DNA of 18,855 nt, from assembly GCA_964014485.1 (NCBI GenBank), contig CAXHAT010000158.1, positions 1 through 18,855 of the forward strand. Reading direction: 5' to 3'. Position numbers and translations under genes: made by a program. The DNA comes from an uncultured Deferribacteres bacterium (GTDB lineage: Bacteria; Zhuqueibacterota; Zhuqueibacteria; Zhuqueibacterales; Geothermadaptataceae). Positions 15,082 to 18,855 of the stretch are shown one piece after another. Numbering within the stretch: the first letter of the stretch is position 1; every line of letters starts with the position of its first letter. Below the pieces are notes generated by a model that saw nothing but the letters and a program-made list of their open reading frames with translations, was not told where the DNA came from and ran no database searches.

Positions 15082-16437
15082 TTATTCTTCTGCCAAACAG
15101 AACAAAAATTTCTCGCCGCGAAGAAAAATTTCCTCTCCGACCAGCGCCATTGTCGCGCTGAAGCGATCATCCAGGCGATTGAGACCAAGCACTTCCGGCT
15201 GTCGAGTTGCGCTCAAAACAATCGTCGCGCCGCTGCGATCCGTGACATAAATGCGCCCGGCCGCCCCAACGATGGACGCGTAAACATTGCGAATGCCATT
15301 CAATCGGAATGGCCCGCCGTCATCTTCGCCGGTTTGAATATTGACGCGCGAAATCACGCCCTGATAATGCCGCAAGTAATAGAGGTGGTCGCCCAAAAGC
15401 AGCGGGGACGGCACGTAAGGCGTGTTGCTCGTTCGCGTCCAGAGAATGTTTTTTGCCCCCGTGAGATCGCCTCTTGCACCGTCGAGGCTTATCGCCAGAA
15501 AAACGCGTTTTTCATAGCTGCTGCCGAGAAAAATATTTCCGTTGGCCGCAATTGGCGTCGCGACGATATTCCCCGACATGCCCCCTGTTTCCCAGATCAC
15601 GTCTCCAGTCGCAAGGTCATAGCCGCGAACGCGTTTCGTGCCTGCGATAACGGCTTGCGCCTTGCCGTTGTGCTCAACGATTGTCGGAGAGGCCCAGGAG
15701 GTGACTTCGTCGCGCAAAACACGCCAGCGTTCGGCGCCAGTGCGTTTGTCCAACGCGACGACAAAGGATTGTTCTTCATGATCCCAATTGGCGACGATTG
15801 TTTCACCGAAAAGTGCTGGCGAGCCTCCTTCTCCGTGAGCGTGCTTGGTGTGCATATCGCCCAAATCTTTCTGCCAAATCACATTGCCGGAAAAATCCAG
15901 ACAGTAAAGGCCGTTCGAACCGAAGAAGGCGAAAATATGCTCGCCGTCTGTTACCGGCGAAGGCGAGGCGAAGCTGGCGGTGTTGTGCCCGGCTTCGTGC
16001 GGTCTCGCTTCATGCACGACTTTTTGCCAAAGAATTTTGCCGTCTGTGCGATTGATCGCCAAGACGATGAACTGCTGGTTTTGCACCGATGGTATAAAAT
16101 CATGCGCACCGTGGACGTGCCCGTCCTTCGCGGGTTGCGCCTCGCCAAAAGGAACGGCGGTCGTCAGGAAAATTTTGTTTCCCCAGACAATTGGAGAGGC
16201 ATGTCCCAGCCCCGGTAATGCGGTTTTCCAGCGGACATTTTTTGTCTCGCTCCATTCGATTGGCGGATCGGCTTCCGGCGCCGCGCCCGTGCCCAAAGGC
16301 CCTCGAAATTGCGGCCATTGCTGAATCGCACTTTGGGCCGAAAGGTCAGCGGCTTGGCTAAAAAGGAAAATGGTTAAGACGGTAAGAAAACGAAGATGTG
16401 TGTTGGCGAATGATGGATGTGAGCATCGTCGTGTCAT
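15082..16437 (-). CDS. PQQ-binding-like beta-propeller repeat protein
   Basis: WPQFRGPLGTG..WSETKNVRWKTALPGLGHASPIVW and repeated SP..A/CLD..G..W blades. ATG 16437 has an AAGGA SD; the ORF extends upstream to 16521. Confidence 0.88.
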   Translation of the reverse strand: MTRRCSHPSFANTHLRFLTVLTIFLFSQAADLSAQSAIQQWPQFRGPLGTGAAPEADPPIEWSETKNVRWKTALPGLGHASPIVWGNKIFLTTAVPFGEAQPAKDGHVHGAHDFIPSVQNQQFIVLAINRTDGKILWQKVVHEARPHEAGHNTASFASPSPVTDGEHIFAFFGSNGLYCLDFSGNVIWQKDLGDMHTKHAHGEGGSPALFGETIVANWDHEEQSFVVALDKRTGAERWRVLRDEVTSWASPTIVEHNGKAQAVIAGTKRVRGYDLATGDVIWETGGMSGNIVATPIAANGNIFLGSSYEKRVFLAISLDGARGDLTGAKNILWTRTSNTPYVPSPLLLGDHLYYLRHYQGVISRVNIQTGEDDGGPFRLNGIRNVYASIVGAAGRIYVTDRSGATIVLSATRQPEVLGLNRLDDRFSATMALVGEEIFLRGEKFLFCLAEE

Positions 16438-16552
16438 TCTGGAAGAATCCTTTTTAGTCGAAAGTCTTGAACTTTTGAAACTCACTGAAGCTGAGGGGAA
16501 TCCCGGCTTTTCCATTATCACAAGAGGGCAGTCAAATCATTCAGTGGAAAAC

Positions 16553-17668
16553 TCATTTGTGATTTAACTTTATCGCTTTGCCCGTACGCGCGCTCTGTAT
16601 CGCCGCGTCCAAAATTTCCATCACGATTATGTTGTTTTCCAAAGACGATAGATCATACAATTTAGGCTCGATTTCACCAGCGAGTACAGCGGCAAAATAA
16701 GCGAACGGATCATGAAACGGCGCATCTCTACCTTCCAGCGTCGTTTTTTCTTCTCTGTCTTGCCCCTCAAGTCGGTAACGAATCGTCGAACCGTCATCGG
16801 CAAAAACATAGCCGGTTTGACCGTAAACGTGCATGTCCTTGCGTGAAAAAGGCCAATTCCACGAAGCTTGAATGATTCCTTGCGCTTCAGGGTAAGTGAT
16901 GACAATTGTCGCTTCATCATCGACTTTTGGATAAATCTCAGGCTTGATTGTTTGCGTCACGGCAAAAACGGAAAGCGGTCTCTGTCCACGCATTAGCCAG
17001 GTGACAAGATTGGCTCCGTAGCAGCCGAAATCCGTCACCGCACCGCCGCCGTTTTGGACGGGATCGGTGAGCCAGTCCAGAAATTCCTCATTCACGCCAA
17101 TTTCTTTCGGCCCCTGATGTCCGTCATGTACGACGATCTTACGGATTTCGCCAATCGCGCCTTCGTCATGAACCATTGCATAGCTTTTGTGATTGCTGGC
17201 GTACCACGTGGTTTCATAATTTGTCAGCAATTGGATTTTGTGTTTCTCGGCGAGCGCCTGCATTTTTTGAGCATGGTCGAGATTGACGGCCAACGGCTTC
17301 TCAACCATAACATGAACGCCGCGCGGCGCGCAGACTTGCACGGTTTCCAAATGTTCGAAAATTGGATTGAATGCAAAAACTGCTGATGGCTTTGTTTCGT
17401 CCAGCATTTCTCCCAGATCATCGAAAACGATTTCCATTGAAAAACCGTGTTGTTCCGAATAGCGCCTTGCCAAATCGCGATTCGATTCCGCAATGCCGAC
17501 AATTTCAATGTCGCCGTAATCCGGCCGCCCAAGAATCCAATGCACATGCGTATGCGTCAATCCGACAACGCCGACGCGCAAAGGCGTTTTTTTCAATGTT
17601 GCTGACTGCGCAGAGGAGATGAAAGGCAAACAGCTTAGCAAAGTACTCAAGAAGGCTTTTCTCAACAT
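16553..17668 (-). CDS. Gfo/Idh/MocA-family oxidoreductase
   Basis: LRVGVVGL Rossmann start, HVMVEKPLA, GGGAVTDFGCY. ATG 17668 (MLRKAF..) is preferred over 17824 because the extension overlaps a terminator-like U-tract. Confidence 0.9.
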   Translation of the reverse strand: MLRKAFLSTLLSCLPFISSAQSATLKKTPLRVGVVGLTHTHVHWILGRPDYGDIEIVGIAESNRDLARRYSEQHGFSMEIVFDDLGEMLDETKPSAVFAFNPIFEHLETVQVCAPRGVHVMVEKPLAVNLDHAQKMQALAEKHKIQLLTNYETTWYASNHKSYAMVHDEGAIGEIRKIVVHDGHQGPKEIGVNEEFLDWLTDPVQNGGGAVTDFGCYGANLVTWLMRGQRPLSVFAVTQTIKPEIYPKVDDEATIVITYPEAQGIIQASWNWPFSRKDMHVYGQTGYVFADDGSTIRYRLEGQDREEKTTLEGRDAPFHDPFAYFAAVLAGEIEPKLYDLSSLENNIIVMEILDAAIQSARTGKAIKLNHK

Positions 17669-17821
17669 TTTGTTCAATCCAATCGACTGCAAATCTCGAT
17701 GATCCCTGTGATGCGAAGCGTCGGAAGGAGAAGCGAAATTTTGGTAAATCCAAGAAGTGCGGAACGTAGGAAGACAAATTTGGGGAAACAGGAGCAAGGA
17801 AGGTTTGAGTTCAGGTATGGG

Positions 17822-17892
17822 CAAAAAAATACGGGTGAATGGTGTCTACGAGGCTGGGGGGGACCTCATAAACGGGGAAACATCCACCCGCG
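17822..17892 (-). ncRNA. Candidate small RNA or attenuator hairpin with C-rich loop and U-tract
   Basis: Stems CGGGUGGAUG/CAUUCACCCG and GUUUAUGAGG/CCUCGUAGAC, whose G-U pairs form only on the minus strand. Loop UCCCCCCCAG; followed by UAUUUUUUU. Confidence 0.5.
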
Positions 17893-17897
17893 CTACT

Positions 17898-17925
17898 AAG
17901 ATAACATAATTTTGTATCGACGCAA
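17898..17925 (-). promoter_or_regulatory. Putative sigma-70 promoter
   Basis: TTGCGT-N16-TATCTT with an extended TGn and an upstream A-tract. The predicted start site coincides with the 5' base of the hairpin. Confidence 0.5.
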
Positions 17926-18120
17926 GTTTTTTTTACAAATTTTCGAATTTTTTTACGATGTCTCAAATTAGAGAGTTCTGCACCGTTAAACCCTTTGCCG
18001 CAGACGACGCCGATTTCTAACAACGTCTGTTTTCTTTGACAAAATTAATCGCTCGCGTTACTTTCTGCGTCATTTGAAACGACGACTTTTCTTATTTTGA
18101 GCAATATAGGACGGCAGGTC

Positions 18121-18855
18121 ATGCAAACACGATCTTTTTTCAAACCATTCTTTTTTCTCATATCCTTCGCTCTTTTTTCTTGCGAATCAAACCAGCCGCC
18201 GAGCCCGGAGAAGGCGAAAGAAATTATTTCGACGCGCACGCTGGGTTTAGCTTACCTTGAAGAAGGCCAGCTTTCCGAAGCGGAATCGACCTTCGTCAGA
18301 TTGACAGACCTGGCGCCGGACGAAGCGCTGGGATTTGCCAACCTTGGCCTGGTGCAAATGCGGCTGGGACGCTACGACGAAGCGGAAAAAAACATCAAGC
18401 AGGCGCTGGAGCTTGACGCCGTCAATCCGGACGTTCGTTTGATGCTCGCCGACATTTACGAACTCACAGACCGCGCGGATGCGGCGCAACAAGAACTCGA
18501 AGCTTCGCTGCAACAATCACCGGATCACGCCAACTCGATTTACTCACTGTCGCAGATTCATCTCAACAGCGGCGATAGCGGCCTGCAAAAGGCCGAGCCT
18601 TTGTTGACGAAATTGCTGACGCTCAGACCGGGCAACGTCTCGATTCGGATGCAGTTGATCGAGATTTCTTTGCGCCTGCAAAAGCCCGATTCCGCCGCCG
18701 CTCATCTCGAAGCGTTGCACCAGCAAATCCCCGATCTGCCGAAAGAATCGCAGGTATATTTTGACGAAGCGCTGGCCGCCGCACGCAACGGCGACGCGGA
18801 CGCAGCCCTACGCCCCGCCGTCATCGTCCACAATTTCCTAAAGGTCACGCCGATT
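18121..18855 (+). CDS. TPR-repeat lipoprotein (3' truncated by window edge)
   Basis: Own translation: MQTRSFFKPFFFLISFALFSC (lipobox-like) ..LGLAYLEEGQLSEAESTF..ANLGLVQMRLGRYDEAEKNIKQALELD.., open to the window end. AGGA upstream. Confidence 0.85.
   Translation, partial: MQTRSFFKPFFFLISFALFSCESNQPPSPEKAKEIISTRTLGLAYLEEGQLSEAESTFVRLTDLAPDEALGFANLGLVQMRLGRYDEAEKNIKQALELDAVNPDVRLMLADIYELTDRADAAQQELEASLQQSPDHANSIYSLSQIHLNSGDSGLQKAEPLLTKLLTLRPGNVSIRMQLIEISLRLQKPDSAAAHLEALHQQIPDLPKESQVYFDEALAAARNGDADAALRPAVIVHNFLKVTPI

Noticed and set aside
14983..16218. 411-aa plus-strand ORF
   Set aside because: Antisense shadow of the well-supported PQQ-like propeller gene; no recognisable motifs.
17669..17824. 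52-aa N-terminal extension of the oxidoreductase in the ORF track
   Set aside because: It starts with TTG inside the U-tract of the hairpin and precedes a better ATG with a signal-like sequence.

Overview
Bacterial window with an FCB-superphylum-like gene content, most like KSB1/Calditrichota (inference from the FlgD/T9SS-type C-terminal domains). Coding content, left to right: a minus-strand ECF sigma / zf-HC2 anti-sigma / DUF4252 operon; a Tat-signal carboxylesterase; three large secreted multidomain proteins ending in FlgD-Ig/T9SS-type-A-like CTDs (a VWA + Ig + beta-propeller protein, an ASH/choice-of-anchor-D protein and an M23 peptidase); a CsgG/TolB_N-like protein with a hydrophobic Pro-rich tail; a PQQ-like propeller; a Gfo/Idh/MocA oxidoreductase; and a truncated TPR lipoprotein missing from the ORF track. 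The most striking features are non-coding. At 12130-12581 lies a four-layer nested set of non-autonomous elements. An outer MITE with CTGAT ends and a perfect 7-bp target duplication carries a dRS3-like hairpin pair. That pair is interrupted by a second MITE with 29-bp terminal inverted repeats (each holding a perfect DnaA box) and a 10-bp duplication, and this MITE is filled with a mirror-symmetric hairpin cluster. Two more copies of the outer MITE family sit in tandem at 1-339. There is also a candidate ~70-nt C-rich-loop small RNA with its own promoter and terminator (17822-17892, minus) and a densely structured region upstream of the VWA protein gene.
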